Below are positions 36,503 through 46,179 of a stretch of 64,000 nucleotides of DNA, one piece after another. The position numbers were made by a program, and so were the translations under genes. Position 1 is the first letter of the stretch. The number at the start of each line of letters is the position of its first letter. Under the pieces are notes generated by a model. That model was not told where the DNA came from. It ran no database searches and worked only from the letters and a program-made list of their open reading frames with translations. Location of the stretch: the NCBI GenBank assembly GCA_964499705.1, contig CAZCME010000002.1, positions 62,001 through 126,000 on the forward strand. Direction: 5' to 3'. Origin of the DNA: an uncultured bacterium. Its GTDB lineage: Bacteria > UBA8481.

Positions 36503-37313
36503 CCGTTTCGCGGCCGCGTCTGCGATCTTGTTCCTCTCCATCCTGCCATCATCGTCGTCGATCTACGCCTACACGGATGCCCAGGGAAGAATCAGGATCA
36601 CGGACATCCCGGATCGTGACGGCCAGGAAATCGTTCTTCCCCGGATCAGGGCTTCGCATGGGCCGGTCGTCATTGCCGGCAATGTCGGATCCCGCTCCTC
36701 CACTTCGAGCCCTCGCACAGCCTATTCGGCGGGAACCTCCGCAAGGCGCTACAGCGCGGAAGATTATCGAGCGCAGGTTCGAGCCGCCGCGCAGACGCAT
36801 CGTTTATCGGAATCGCTCATCTTCGCGGTGATGCGCGCGGAATCGAACTTCAATCCCCGCGCCGTCTCCCGGGCGGGGGCTCAGGGGCTCATGCAGCTTA
36901 TCCCTTCCACGGCGAGACTGGTCGGAGTTCGGGATATTTTCGATCCCCAGCAGAACATCAACGGAGGCGCGCGCTATCTCCGGATGATGATGGACCGGTT
37001 CGGCCGCGTCGATCTGGCCCTGGCCGCCTACAATGCCGGACCGGAAGCCGTCGAGCGGCATGGCGGGATCCCCCCTTACCAGGAGACGCGCAACTACGTG
37101 CCGCGAGTGATGAAATACTATCGCGAATTCGGAGGTTCGGGCGAACTCGTTCTGACATCCGTGAAGCCGCTGACACCTTCCCGCGCGACGACCGCGCGCA
37201 CGACGTCCCGCCCCCGGACCGGTTCCACGCCGTCCGTCATTGCGCGCGCGGCTTCCAATCCCATCTTTTACTTCAGGGGACCCGACGGGCAGATCTATAT
37301 CTATAACAGATAG
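36489..37313 (+). CDS. Lytic transglycosylase (SLT domain)
   Basis: [49 protein letters not shown]; signal peptide. Confidence 0.93.
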   Translation: MVKLNRFAAASAILFLSILPSSSSIYAYTDAQGRIRITDIPDRDGQEIVLPRIRASHGPVVIAGNVGSRSSTSSPRTAYSAGTSARRYSAEDYRAQVRAAAQTHRLSESLIFAVMRAESNFNPRAVSRAGAQGLMQLIPSTARLVGVRDIFDPQQNINGGARYLRMMMDRFGRVDLALAAYNAGPEAVERHGGIPPYQETRNYVPRVMKYYREFGGSGELVLTSVKPLTPSRATTARTTSRPRTGSTPSVIARAASNPIFYFRGPDGQIYIYNR

Positions 37314-37320
37314 GGATGCA

Positions 37321-38025
37321 TCATGAAGGATGAAGCGCTTCATCCTTGAACTGAAGAATATGCACCCATGCCGGCGGCACGTTAAGCCGCACCATCTTTC
37401 TCGAAATCCTGTGCCGGTTCAGATAATCCGAGAGTATGGTGTCGATGCGCTTCAACCGGATAAATTCCGTTTTCTCGCGACCGATACGGAGCCGCACATT
37501 CCGGACGTGACAATATTCGAAGAAGGCGAGCTTTCCGTCCTCCGCCAGCGTTTCCTCGAAGGCAGCCATGCATTTCCGGACGAGCGTCGACGGAAAATTA
37601 TTGAAGGGGAGGCTGCAGATGGCGAAGTCGAATTGTTCGCCGGTGACGCCTTCCGGGAAGGGCAGCACCCTGAGCTCCATGCCGCGGTCCCGCCAGTCCG
37701 GATCGTGCACTCGCCGGGCTTCCAGAATGCGGGCGAATTCCTGGGATAATTCGTAAACGACCAGAGTATCGTCCGGCCGGATCGCCTTGAGGATTTCGGA
37801 GGTTATGGCGCCTGTGCCGGCGCCGACCTCGAGTATGCGGAGCGGCTTCCGCCTGTGATGCCGATCCGGCAGAATGGATGTCATGGCGCGCGCCAGCGAG
37901 CGCGAGGAAGGAATGATCGAGCCGGTCTGCTTCCAGTTCGTGGCGAATCCGGAAACAAAGCCGACAATCGCGCGTATAGGATGGCTCGGTGACTTTGCCT
38001 TGGGGCGGTGCCCGCGGGAAGTCAT
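37321..38025 (-). CDS. SAM-dependent lipid N-methyltransferase (PmtA/OlsG-like)
   Basis: TGSIIPSSRSLARAM, ILEVGAGTGAIT, ICSLPFNNF, FFEY, NVPPAWV. Confidence 0.8.
   Translation of the reverse strand: MTSRGHRPKAKSPSHPIRAIVGFVSGFATNWKQTGSIIPSSRSLARAMTSILPDRHHRRKPLRILEVGAGTGAITSEILKAIRPDDTLVVYELSQEFARILEARRVHDPDWRDRGMELRVLPFPEGVTGEQFDFAICSLPFNNFPSTLVRKCMAAFEETLAEDGKLAFFEYCHVRNVRLRIGREKTEFIRLKRIDTILSDYLNRHRISRKMVRLNVPPAWVHILQFKDEALHPS
37326..37347. repeat. Perfect 22-bp palindrome of the GGATGAA heptamer family; possible bidirectional terminator
   Basis: AAGGATGAAGCGCTTCATCCTT at the junction of two convergent genes. Confidence 0.75.
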
Positions 38026-39083
38026 GATCGCGCACCGGGAGGATCATCCGGGGCCAGGTTCAGGACGAGAAGGCAATCGTCACCGGAATCCTGGATCCGG
38101 GCGAATGTTCCCTCCAGGATCTGTTCGCCCGAGTTCCATCGCGGCGCCGTGATGGCGACGAGGCGCTGCACAAGTCTTTCCGCGATAAGGGACCCGGCCA
38201 GAGTGCGGCCGGATTCGAGAAGAATGGCCAGAAGTCCTCTCCGTGCGAGCGCGGACAAGGCGGCGCCCGGATCGATGCGCCCGTTTTTCAAGGGAACCCG
38301 GATGACCTCCGCGCCGAGGTTTCTCTCGGGAGCATCCTGCCCCGCGACGACGAGCGTTCTGGAGTCGACGTTGTTTCGAACCAGCGAGCATGATTCGGAA
38401 ATGCGGAGGCTCGAATCGAAGACGATGCGCCAGGGATCCCGTCCTGCGCCTGACCGGACGCGCAGCGACGGATCGTCGATGCGAACGGTCTCCACGCCCA
38501 CCAGAACGGCATCCGCCTCCGAGCGCATCACGTCCACTCGGCGATCCGACTCCTCGCAGGAAATCCGGGTGCGCCGTCCGGGAACGAGCGTGAGCGAGCC
38601 GTCGAGGGTCCGCGCGAATTTCCAGGTGACGAACGGGAGGCCGGTTGTCTGAAACCGGATGAAGGCCTCGTTCTGGCGTCGCGCTTCCGTTTCCATGACC
38701 CCGGACGCGATCTCGATCCCCGCATCACGCAGCCGCGCTGCTCCTTTGCCCGCCACAACCTCGTGAGGATCCTCGATCGCGAAGACGACCCGCGCGATGC
38801 CGGCCTCGATGATCGCATCCGTGCAGGGGGGAGTTTTCCCCTGATGGCAGCATGGTTCGAGCGTGACGTAGAGAGTCGAGCCGCGTGGATCGTGGCCGGA
38901 TTTATTTGCGTCACGGATGGCTTCGACTTCCGCATGGGGCGCTCCGAATCGCGTGTGATATCCGGTGCCGATGACCTGACCGTCGTGAACGAGGATCGCG
39001 CCGACGAGCGGATTCGGGTGAACGAGCCCGCGACCGTTGTCGGCGAGTTCGAGCGCCATCGACATGAAGGAGGCATCCGGCAT
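38022..39083 (-). CDS. ribD: Riboflavin biosynthesis deaminase/reductase
   Basis: PNPLVGA, HAE, YVTLEPCCH.GKTPPC, K.A.TLDG, DA.LVG..TV..DDP.L. Confidence 0.95.
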   Translation of the reverse strand: MPDASFMSMALELADNGRGLVHPNPLVGAILVHDGQVIGTGYHTRFGAPHAEVEAIRDANKSGHDPRGSTLYVTLEPCCHQGKTPPCTDAIIEAGIARVVFAIEDPHEVVAGKGAARLRDAGIEIASGVMETEARRQNEAFIRFQTTGLPFVTWKFARTLDGSLTLVPGRRTRISCEESDRRVDVMRSEADAVLVGVETVRIDDPSLRVRSGAGRDPWRIVFDSSLRISESCSLVRNNVDSRTLVVAGQDAPERNLGAEVIRVPLKNGRIDPGAALSALARRGLLAILLESGRTLAGSLIAERLVQRLVAITAPRWNSGEQILEGTFARIQDSGDDCLLVLNLAPDDPPGARS

Positions 39084-39089
39084 AGGAGG

Positions 39090-39118
39090 AGGATAGGTGG
39101 GGAGCGGAGGAAGTGCAA
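39090..39118 (-). promoter_or_regulatory. Sigma70 promoter of ribD, leaderless
   Basis: TTGCAC-17nt-TATCCT-6nt-ATG, no SD. Confidence 0.7.
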
Positions 39119-39129
39119 GAAGAGGCGGG

Positions 39130-39210
39130 AAAATCGGGCGGGAGCCCGGCCGGGACCCTCCCGGATCCGAGCTCCCGCGATTCGTCGCGCTTTCACGACA
39201 GCGAAGGCGC
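39130..39210 (-). ncRNA. Candidate small structured RNA or terminator
   Basis: TAATAT box upstream; two GC-rich hairpins ending in a T-tract; no known family recognised. Confidence 0.25.
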
Positions 39211-39368
39211 AGTGAATATTAACTACATCGTCGAGACGGTTTTTGCCCGGGAACTGTAAAAAACTTCACGAAGAAGATTCACGGCGGCCGTTCCTGTTCG
39301 GGGATCCGCAAGCCGTGAATCCTGCCCACCCTGATGGAACAATACGAGGGATCCTGCGGAACCCGATA

Positions 39369-40286
39369 TCAACCGTTGACCAGCCCATGGGCGAATTGCT
39401 CCGCGTCGAACGGCAGGAGATCCTCCGCGGTTTCGCCGACGCCGATGAACCGGATCGGCAGGGAGAATCGGCGTGCCGCCTGGATCACGACTCCCGCCTT
39501 CGCCGTACCGTCCAGCTTGGTGATGACGAGCCCGGAGAGGGGCAGCGACCTCGCGAAGGATTCGACCTGGAGGATTCCGTTCTGTCCGACGCTTCCGTCG
39601 AGGACGAGAAGTATCTCGATGGGATCCCGCAGCTTACGCACGACTCGGCAGATCTTGTCGAGCTCGTTCATGAGATTGACCTTCGTGTGAAGCCTCCCGG
39701 CCGTGTCAATGATGACGCGGTCGGCATGACGGGAGATACCGGCCTGGACCGCGTCGAAAGCGACCGCGGCTGGATCGGCGCCTTCCGGCTGAGCCACGAC
39801 ATCCGCGCCGATCCGATCGCCCCAGATCTTCAACTGGTCCGCCGCAGCCGCGCGAAACGTGTCGGCGGCACCGAGCACGATCTTTTTGCCGTCCTGCATG
39901 TCCCGCGCCGCGATCTTGGCAGCCGTCGTGGTCTTGCCGGTGCCGTTGACGCCGACGATGAGAGTGACTACCGGAGGATTCGCCGCATCGGGTACCGGCT
40001 GAGACGAGGAAACATCGAGCATCCGGGCGATCTGAAGCGCCAGGGCTTCCTTCACCGTCTCCACCGTGAGCCCGCCTCCGGCATCGCTTACCCATTGCTT
40101 CAGGTACCGCGCGAGCTCTTCGGCTTGCTCCGGTCCCGCATCCGCGAGGATGAGCGCCTCCTCGATGCCCTCCGCCGCCTCATCGTCGAAGACGCCGCGG
40201 CCGACGGCCAGGTCGAGCATATCGCCGAGCCGCTCCCGCGATTTCGCCAGCCCTTTGGCAAGTCGATGGATGACGGAAAAAACCAT
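39369..40286 (-). CDS. ftsY: Signal recognition particle receptor (NG domains only)
   Basis: [41 protein letters not shown]...DL.PF. Confidence 0.96.
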   Translation of the reverse strand: MVFSVIHRLAKGLAKSRERLGDMLDLAVGRGVFDDEAAEGIEEALILADAGPEQAEELARYLKQWVSDAGGGLTVETVKEALALQIARMLDVSSSQPVPDAANPPVVTLIVGVNGTGKTTTAAKIAARDMQDGKKIVLGAADTFRAAAADQLKIWGDRIGADVVAQPEGADPAAVAFDAVQAGISRHADRVIIDTAGRLHTKVNLMNELDKICRVVRKLRDPIEILLVLDGSVGQNGILQVESFARSLPLSGLVITKLDGTAKAGVVIQAARRFSLPIRFIGVGETAEDLLPFDAEQFAHGLVNG

Positions 40287-40292
40287 GGGGAT

Positions 40293-41357
40293 CTATTCTT
40301 CCGGGATATCGGGCAAGTTGCGCTGCTCCGCCAGGCGGAGCATGGCGACGGCGATCAACATGGAACCCACGAGGATGCCGAAGATCCAGAAAGACGTGGT
40401 CACGTCGGAATAGACCATCGACAGGCCAAGAACGGAAGCATAGGCCGTGACGATGTAGAGGATGATGACCACGTGCTTGTGAGGCATGAGCCTCAGGAGC
40501 CTGTGATGCACATGCTCGCGATCGGCCTGGAAAATATTCTTCTTCAATCTTTTTCGGCGGATGATGGCGAGAATGGTATCCGTGACCGGGAATGCGAGCG
40601 CCGCGACCGGAACGATGAGGCTGACCATGATGGATGACTTCGTGAACGACACGAGGCTCATGGACGCGATCAGGAATCCGATCGTCAGGCTTCCCGTGTC
40701 ACCGAGGAAGATCTTGGCGGGATTGAAGTTGTGCGGCAGGAATCCGAGCAGCGCGCCGACGAGCGCGATGGCGAGGAAGGAGAGAACAAGTTCCTCACGC
40801 CATATGCCGGTCAGGAAGAGTGTTGTGGCGGCGATGGCTCCGATGCCCGCGCAGAGTCCGTCCAGGCCGTCAATGATGTTCATCGCGTTGATGATCGCCC
40901 AGAACCAGAAGATGGTGACGAACCACTCGACGACCGGACCCAGCACGAAAGTTCCGCCCCAGGGCGAGGAAATCGATCCGATCCGGAACCCGTAGCCCCA
41001 GAGAACGGTCGCGGCGACGGTCTGAAAGACGAGCTTGATGGTGGCGTTGGATCCGCCCAGGTCGTCGAATATGCCCAGCAGGAAGATGATGGACGCGGCG
41101 ACAAAAAGGCCGATGAATTCCTGGAGAAATTCGTATCGGAACGGCCGGTCGAGATGGAGCGCGACACCCAGCGACATCATGAATCCGAAAAAGACGGCGA
41201 CACCTCCGAGATAGGGAACGGCAAACTGATGGACTTTCCGTTCGCCCGGCATGTCCAGGAGACGAAGCTGGTGGCAGATGCGGCGCATGACGAGCGTGAT
41301 GAGATAGGAGATCGAGGAGGAGATCAGGAAAACGAGAAAGTAGGGATGTTCCATCAT
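40293..41357 (-). CDS. WecA/TagO-like undecaprenyl-phosphate HexNAc-1-P transferase
   Basis: DMPGERKVH..VPYLGG, GIFDD, NAMNIIDGLDGL, NFNPAKIFLGDTGS, ADREH.HHRL. Confidence 0.92.
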   Translation of the reverse strand: MMEHPYFLVFLISSSISYLITLVMRRICHQLRLLDMPGERKVHQFAVPYLGGVAVFFGFMMSLGVALHLDRPFRYEFLQEFIGLFVAASIIFLLGIFDDLGGSNATIKLVFQTVAATVLWGYGFRIGSISSPWGGTFVLGPVVEWFVTIFWFWAIINAMNIIDGLDGLCAGIGAIAATTLFLTGIWREELVLSFLAIALVGALLGFLPHNFNPAKIFLGDTGSLTIGFLIASMSLVSFTKSSIMVSLIVPVAALAFPVTDTILAIIRRKRLKKNIFQADREHVHHRLLRLMPHKHVVIILYIVTAYASVLGLSMVYSDVTTSFWIFGILVGSMLIAVAMLRLAEQRNLPDIPEE

Positions 41358-43141
41358 GAAGCGCGCCGCCTGATGCGATACATGATTTCCGGAGTGGCGA
41401 CGAGAACGTCCTGAAACGCCAGCACGTCGACCGCCCCCTGAAGATAGGACTTCAAGGCATCGTCCGCTGTCCGGACGATCGGCTCCTCGTGGATATTGAA
41501 GGACGTGTTGATGACGATCTCCTTGCCCGTCAGCTTACCGTATTCGACGAGCAGATCCCGAAGAAAAGGTTTGTCGTCGCCCACGACCTGGGGACGGGCC
41601 GTTCCGTCGACATGAACAATGGCGGGAGCATCGCGGCGGCAATCGTCGGTGACATCGTATGTGACCGTCATGAACTCCGCCGCGCGATCGTTTCGATTCC
41701 ATCCGATGAGATAACGGGCCGCCGCGCTTTCTGTCATGATGGGAGCGAAGGGCATGAACTCGGTCCGCTTGAGCCGGACATTCAGGCTGTCGTTGACCGA
41801 GGCGTCATCCGCGGAGACGAAGATCGTGCGGTTACCGAGCGCGCGGGGGCCGTACTCCATCGGACCGGCCGCGCGCCCGCCGATGAGGCCTTCGGCGAGG
41901 GCCGCAGCGACGGCGCGCGGCATGCCGGTCGCTCCCGCGCCCTCCCCGGCGCTCGCGACATTTCCCGCATCCTGCGGATTGTCCGGACGCCAGACGTCCA
42001 GGGAGTTCGCCGATACCATCGCGTCCGTAATCATTCCGGCATCATCTCCCAGGTAGGCATGCGGCATGGCTGAGCGAACGCCCTCGTGAAACAGCGCTGA
42101 TCCAGCCGAGAGGCCGCCGTCTCCCATGTGCGGATGAATCCAGAGCCGGCAGCGAGGATTCGAGTCGTCGCGTGGAATGAGCTCATGGATCTTCTGGTTC
42201 ACGCGGACGTTGGCGAAGACCCCGCCCGCAAGGGCGACGCAGGACATGCCGGTATCGTCGAGGGCATCGCGGACGATCGCGGCGCAGATCTCCTCCGTGT
42301 GTCGCTGCAGCGCAGCGCAGATATCCTCCCGGGAATGTTTTCGGCATAACTCATCGATCCACGAGGTCTTCCACTCCGCGTCGACTTTTTCCGCGAAGAG
42401 ATGCGGAATGAACGTGGAGCGAAGCTCCCTGTCTTCATACCGGAGCCGTTTCCGGAACTCCTGGATGAGCACGTCGGAATTTCCGTGCGCCGCCAGGCCC
42501 GTGATCTTGCCTTCGTGCCGGGCGGGCTTGAATCCGAAGGCCTTGGTGACGTACGAGTAGAGAATCCCGGGTGAAGCGTAACCTGTGAAGGAGCGAATTC
42601 TTCGGAGTTTCCCGGCGGAGGCGGCATAGACGGCTCCGCAATGAGCGGAATCCCCGATCCCGTCGAGCGTGACCACGGCGCAGGATTCGAAGGGGGATGT
42701 GTAATACGCGGAGGCCGCGTGAGCGTCGTGGTGCGCTACGAAATGAACCGCCGCAGTCATATCAGGCGGGCCGTAACGCTTCAGCTTCTTGGCCGTCAGC
42801 GCGGAATAGAGCCAGCGATTCGGCAGAATGATGCCCGTGGAACGGGCCAGCTTGACGAGCTCGGACGCCATGAGCCGCGCTCGTGGCAGGGGAGGCAGAC
42901 CCGCCATGGCGACGGTCCTGATATCTTCGGGCCTGACATTCGCCAGTCGCAGCACGGTCTCGATGGCCGCGGACGGCCAACGTCCTTCATTCTTCATCCG
43001 CGTGATCCGCTCCTCGTTCACCGCAGCCAGGATCCTGCCCTCGCATACGATCGCGGCTCCGGAATCATGATGCGCGACATCGGGTTTGTCGGACGAATAG
43101 CCCCAGATACCGAGTACCGGCCGGGGCGATGAATCGGTCAC
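41354..43141 (-). CDS. Carbamoyltransferase (NodU/CmcH family)
   Basis: HDSGAA, EER.TR.K, HH.AHAASAYY, DG.GD, EGK.TGLAA, AGGVFANV..N, EYGPRALGNR, FMPFAP, HVDGTARPQ, NTSFN.H.EPIV. Confidence 0.93.
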   Translation of the reverse strand: MTDSSPRPVLGIWGYSSDKPDVAHHDSGAAIVCEGRILAAVNEERITRMKNEGRWPSAAIETVLRLANVRPEDIRTVAMAGLPPLPRARLMASELVKLARSTGIILPNRWLYSALTAKKLKRYGPPDMTAAVHFVAHHDAHAASAYYTSPFESCAVVTLDGIGDSAHCGAVYAASAGKLRRIRSFTGYASPGILYSYVTKAFGFKPARHEGKITGLAAHGNSDVLIQEFRKRLRYEDRELRSTFIPHLFAEKVDAEWKTSWIDELCRKHSREDICAALQRHTEEICAAIVRDALDDTGMSCVALAGGVFANVRVNQKIHELIPRDDSNPRCRLWIHPHMGDGGLSAGSALFHEGVRSAMPHAYLGDDAGMITDAMVSANSLDVWRPDNPQDAGNVASAGEGAGATGMPRAVAAALAEGLIGGRAAGPMEYGPRALGNRTIFVSADDASVNDSLNVRLKRTEFMPFAPIMTESAAARYLIGWNRNDRAAEFMTVTYDVTDDCRRDAPAIVHVDGTARPQVVGDDKPFLRDLLVEYGKLTGKEIVINTSFNIHEEPIVRTADDALKSYLQGAVDVLAFQDVLVATPEIMYRIRRRAS

Positions 43142-43151
43142 AAAGGCGGGA

Positions 43152-43358
43152 TCAAGGCAGCAGGGAAGCGCCGGCCGGTTCGTTCCGTTCCACCTGCCCG
43201 TCGAAGATGCTCTGCTGGAAGTCGGTGACCGTCACGAAGAGGACGACCAGCGCGACGAGAACGCCGACGACGAGGACGATCCAGATATGCAGCATCTTGC
43301 GCGTGCCGGCGGCGAGTGCGTCCGGCGTGGTATCATCGCTGATTTCCGGGGCGGCCAT
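43152..43358 (-). CDS. Small single-TM membrane protein
   Basis: 68 aa with one TM; preceded by a near-consensus promoter. Confidence 0.6.
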   Translation of the reverse strand: MAAPEISDDTTPDALAAGTRKMLHIWIVLVVGVLVALVVLFVTVTDFQQSIFDGQVERNEPAGASLLP

Positions 43359-43364
43359 GGTCCT

Positions 43365-43392
43365 AGAATATGGCGCACCGGCTTGAAGTCAA
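43365..43392 (-). promoter_or_regulatory. Sigma70 promoter, leaderless
   Basis: TTGACT-16nt-TATTCT-6nt-ATG. Confidence 0.7.
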
Positions 43393-45062
43393 GAATGTCC
43401 GCCTTCGCGGGGCTGTACCGCGATGCGACGGGTGTGTCTGCCACCGCTCATGGTGCGGATAAGCAGGAGCGCGGCCGGCAGCAGCGGCACGGCCACGGTC
43501 GCGACCGCCGCCGCGATCAGTTCGGGCCGGCCCGAGCCCAGCCTCGGCCAGTTGAAGATGAAGAGGTCGGCCGTGTAGTGCGAGAGAATGACGGTCAGGG
43601 CGTCGAATCGGAGAAAGGCCCAGCCCCAGACGCAACTGACGAGCGTCAGGGCGACGGCGCGGCCCCAGAAGGGCTCCGCCGGAGGGAGAAAATCGAAGGG
43701 CGTGTGCGCGAGGCCGTAGATGACGGCGGGCAGCGCGATCGCGATGAATTTATTGCCTGTCTTTTTCATGAGCCACGCTCCGCCGAAAAATCGATATCCG
43801 AGTTCCTCCGTCAGGGCGACGAAGAGGAAGAACAGGAGGATCGAGAATGTCGGCGATGTGGAGTTGATCCCGTAGAAGAAGAAGCCGCGAGGCTGAATCG
43901 AGACGGAGCCTTGCGTCAGCCATCTGATGGTGGAAATGGAAAGAGTCAGGACTCCGCCGCAGCAGAGGCCGATCAGGAAGCCTCGCATGGAAGCCGCCGC
44001 GACCTTTGCGTCGGAGAGGCGGCCGCGGCAGAGGGCCCATAACGATTCCCCGCGACCGGATCCTTCCCTGCGATCGATGGCGTCGCCGGCTCCGATGAAG
44101 GCCAGCAGAAGGATCATGAGCTGGAGATATCCCGCCATGTTCCAGACTGCGGTCCCGGCGTAGGAGATCCCCTTGGGTTGAAGGGGATCCCAGTCGAGAA
44201 AATAGCCCGAGGGGCGGAGCAGATCGGCGCCGGCGAGGCAGGCGAAAGCGACCGCCGCCATGGCCAGGACCCTTCCCAGGAGGACATCGCGGTCGTTGAG
44301 GCGATTGAGGAAGAAGAGGAAAGCGATCACGCTGCCTGCGGCGATCAGGGCGTAACCGATCGCGGTGAGAGCATCGCGCGGAGCGCTTTTCACGCGCGAG
44401 GCGCGCGCCTCGGCGGGAGGAACGATGAGCGCGCGCGAAGCGGAGGCGATCCGTGATCCGGCGAGATGAACGCTCATTTCCTCGCGAAGTTCCGGCTGGA
44501 AGGAGAGATATCGTTCCCATGTGAAGTAATGATCCTGGCGCTTGTCGAGAATTTTCGTCGACGCGGCCTTGATCGCGAGCGTTGTCGTGTCCATGCCCAG
44601 GCGGTCGCTGATCGCGCGGAGCGCGATGGTCCGGGCGTGTTCAAGATCGAGGCTGTCTCCTTCATCGTCGTCTTCGAAGCCGCAACTCCATCCGAGCAGA
44701 AGGCCGGATGGATCGAGCGTCACGGTGAAGATGCGGGGTTCGCCGGCCTTCTTGAACGCGACGCTGTAGGGATAGATGGGAAATCCGCTCGCAATCATTC
44801 TCTGCGCCGTATCCGGGCCGAACGCGGATTCGAGATAGTCGAGGACACGGTCTTTCACATCGAGCCTTGTGTTGAAATCCCGATCCCGTGCTTCGTATCC
44901 CTCTTTCGCGAGTTGCTCCACGGCCGTTGCGCGGAGCGATTCCCGGTCGCGGAAAAGATCGGCGTCGGCTAGCGGCCAGAGGCGATGGACGGTCGAGAAG
45001 AAGAGGACGCCGGACGCGAGAGCCGAGATGATCAGAAGACCGTTCCGACTAAAGCTCGTCGT
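43389..45062 (-). CDS. CPBP (CAAX/Abi) intramembrane metalloprotease; probable ACG start
   Basis: EE..YR, GLAH and SHY..D motifs; frame open 47 codons upstream of GTG 44921 and encodes a TM helix; GGAGG 6 nt before ACG 45062. Confidence 0.8.
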   Translation of the reverse strand, partial: TTSFSRNGLLIISALASGVLFFSTVHRLWPLADADLFRDRESLRATAVEQLAKEGYEARDRDFNTRLDVKDRVLDYLESAFGPDTAQRMIASGFPIYPYSVAFKKAGEPRIFTVTLDPSGLLLGWSCGFEDDDEGDSLDLEHARTIALRAISDRLGMDTTTLAIKAASTKILDKRQDHYFTWERYLSFQPELREEMSVHLAGSRIASASRALIVPPAEARASRVKSAPRDALTAIGYALIAAGSVIAFLFFLNRLNDRDVLLGRVLAMAAVAFACLAGADLLRPSGYFLDWDPLQPKGISYAGTAVWNMAGYLQLMILLLAFIGAGDAIDRREGSGRGESLWALCRGRLSDAKVAAASMRGFLIGLCCGGVLTLSISTIRWLTQGSVSIQPRGFFFYGINSTSPTFSILLFFLFVALTEELGYRFFGGAWLMKKTGNKFIAIALPAVIYGLAHTPFDFLPPAEPFWGRAVALTLVSCVWGWAFLRFDALTVILSHYTADLFIFNWPRLGSGRPELIAAAVATVAVPLLPAALLLIRTMSGGRHTRRIAVQPREGGHS

Positions 45063-46179
45063 AGATCGCCTCCAGGTTATTCACCATCGTTTGAGCGGAG
45101 AATAGCTCGGAGACGAATGCGCGCCCTCTCGCGCCCATCGCGCGGCGTTCTTCCGGCGATGAGATCAATTTTCGCAATGCATCGCGCCATGCCTCTGTGT
45201 GACCGACGTGAAGAAGAAATCCGCCGTCGCGGATGACATCCACCATGCCGCCGACGCGGTTGCCGATGACCGGGACGCCGCAGGCCTGCGCTTCCAGCAG
45301 GACGCGCCCCATGCCTTCGAACTCGGACGGCAGTACGGCGATATCCAGGGCGGCGGTGACATCCGCGGGATCGGGATGGAATCCGGCAAAGATGACGTGA
45401 GGAGCCCCAACTCTGTTCCGCGAGTCCAGTTTTTCCGCTTTCTCGCGCAGTCTCCGCTCGATCGGCCCTTCGCCGATGAAGACAAGCTTGACGTTTTCGG
45501 AGAGAAGCGGAGCGGCGGCCTCGATCAGGAAGTCGTGGCCTTTACCTTCCCACAGCTTGGAGACAAGCCCGATCGCGATCTGGCTTTCCTCCAGCCCGAT
45601 CAGCGCCCGGCCGCGCATGCGGTCCGCGGCATGAAACCGTGCGACGTCGATGCCCGACCAGACGATTCGGTAATCGCCCTTCGTTCCGATCCCTTCCCGC
45701 TCCCCCCATTCCGCCAGCGCGTTCGAAATCGCGATCGTTCGATGCGCCCACGGAAATGCGGCACGCTCGAGATTTTTAAAAAGCGTCCGCCTTGGCCACG
45801 ACTCGCTGTCGTGAAACGCGAAGCCGTGGACCGTGTGGACGATCTTCACGCCCGGCACGAAACGTCCGGCCAGCCGGCCCAGGAATCCCGCCTTCGAATT
45901 GTGGGTATGCACGATATCGGGATGAATGCGACGATAGAGCTGGATCAGCTCGCGAACGGCCTTGATATCGTTCCCGGGCGATACTTCCGCGCGCATGGAG
46001 GAGACCGGATAGAAAGCCATGTTGTTCAGGCGGACCAGGTCCTCCAGTCGTCCGCCCGGCTGACAGGCGAGCGCGCCGACGTATTTTTCCCTGTTGAGGA
46101 GTTTCATGGAGAAAAATGTGTTGATGCCGCTTCCGCTCACCCAGGGAAGCGTGTGAACATGAAGAACGAGGCGGGGCAC
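45049..46179 (-). CDS. GT4-family glycosyltransferase
   Basis: PDIVHTHNSKAG, VHTVHG, KG...L, PS.FEGMG.VLLEAQACGVPV. Confidence 0.92.
   Translation of the reverse strand: MPRLVLHVHTLPWVSGSGINTFFSMKLLNREKYVGALACQPGGRLEDLVRLNNMAFYPVSSMRAEVSPGNDIKAVRELIQLYRRIHPDIVHTHNSKAGFLGRLAGRFVPGVKIVHTVHGFAFHDSESWPRRTLFKNLERAAFPWAHRTIAISNALAEWGEREGIGTKGDYRIVWSGIDVARFHAADRMRGRALIGLEESQIAIGLVSKLWEGKGHDFLIEAAAPLLSENVKLVFIGEGPIERRLREKAEKLDSRNRVGAPHVIFAGFHPDPADVTAALDIAVLPSEFEGMGRVLLEAQACGVPVIGNRVGGMVDVIRDGGFLLHVGHTEAWRDALRKLISSPEERRAMGARGRAFVSELFSAQTMVNNLEAIYDEL

Noticed and set aside
39120-39368. FMN riboswitch or SRP (4.5S) RNA between ftsY and ribD
   Set aside because: Lacks the FMN aptamer conserved blocks and the SRP CAGG-GNRA-AGCA motif; ribD has its own adjacent promoter
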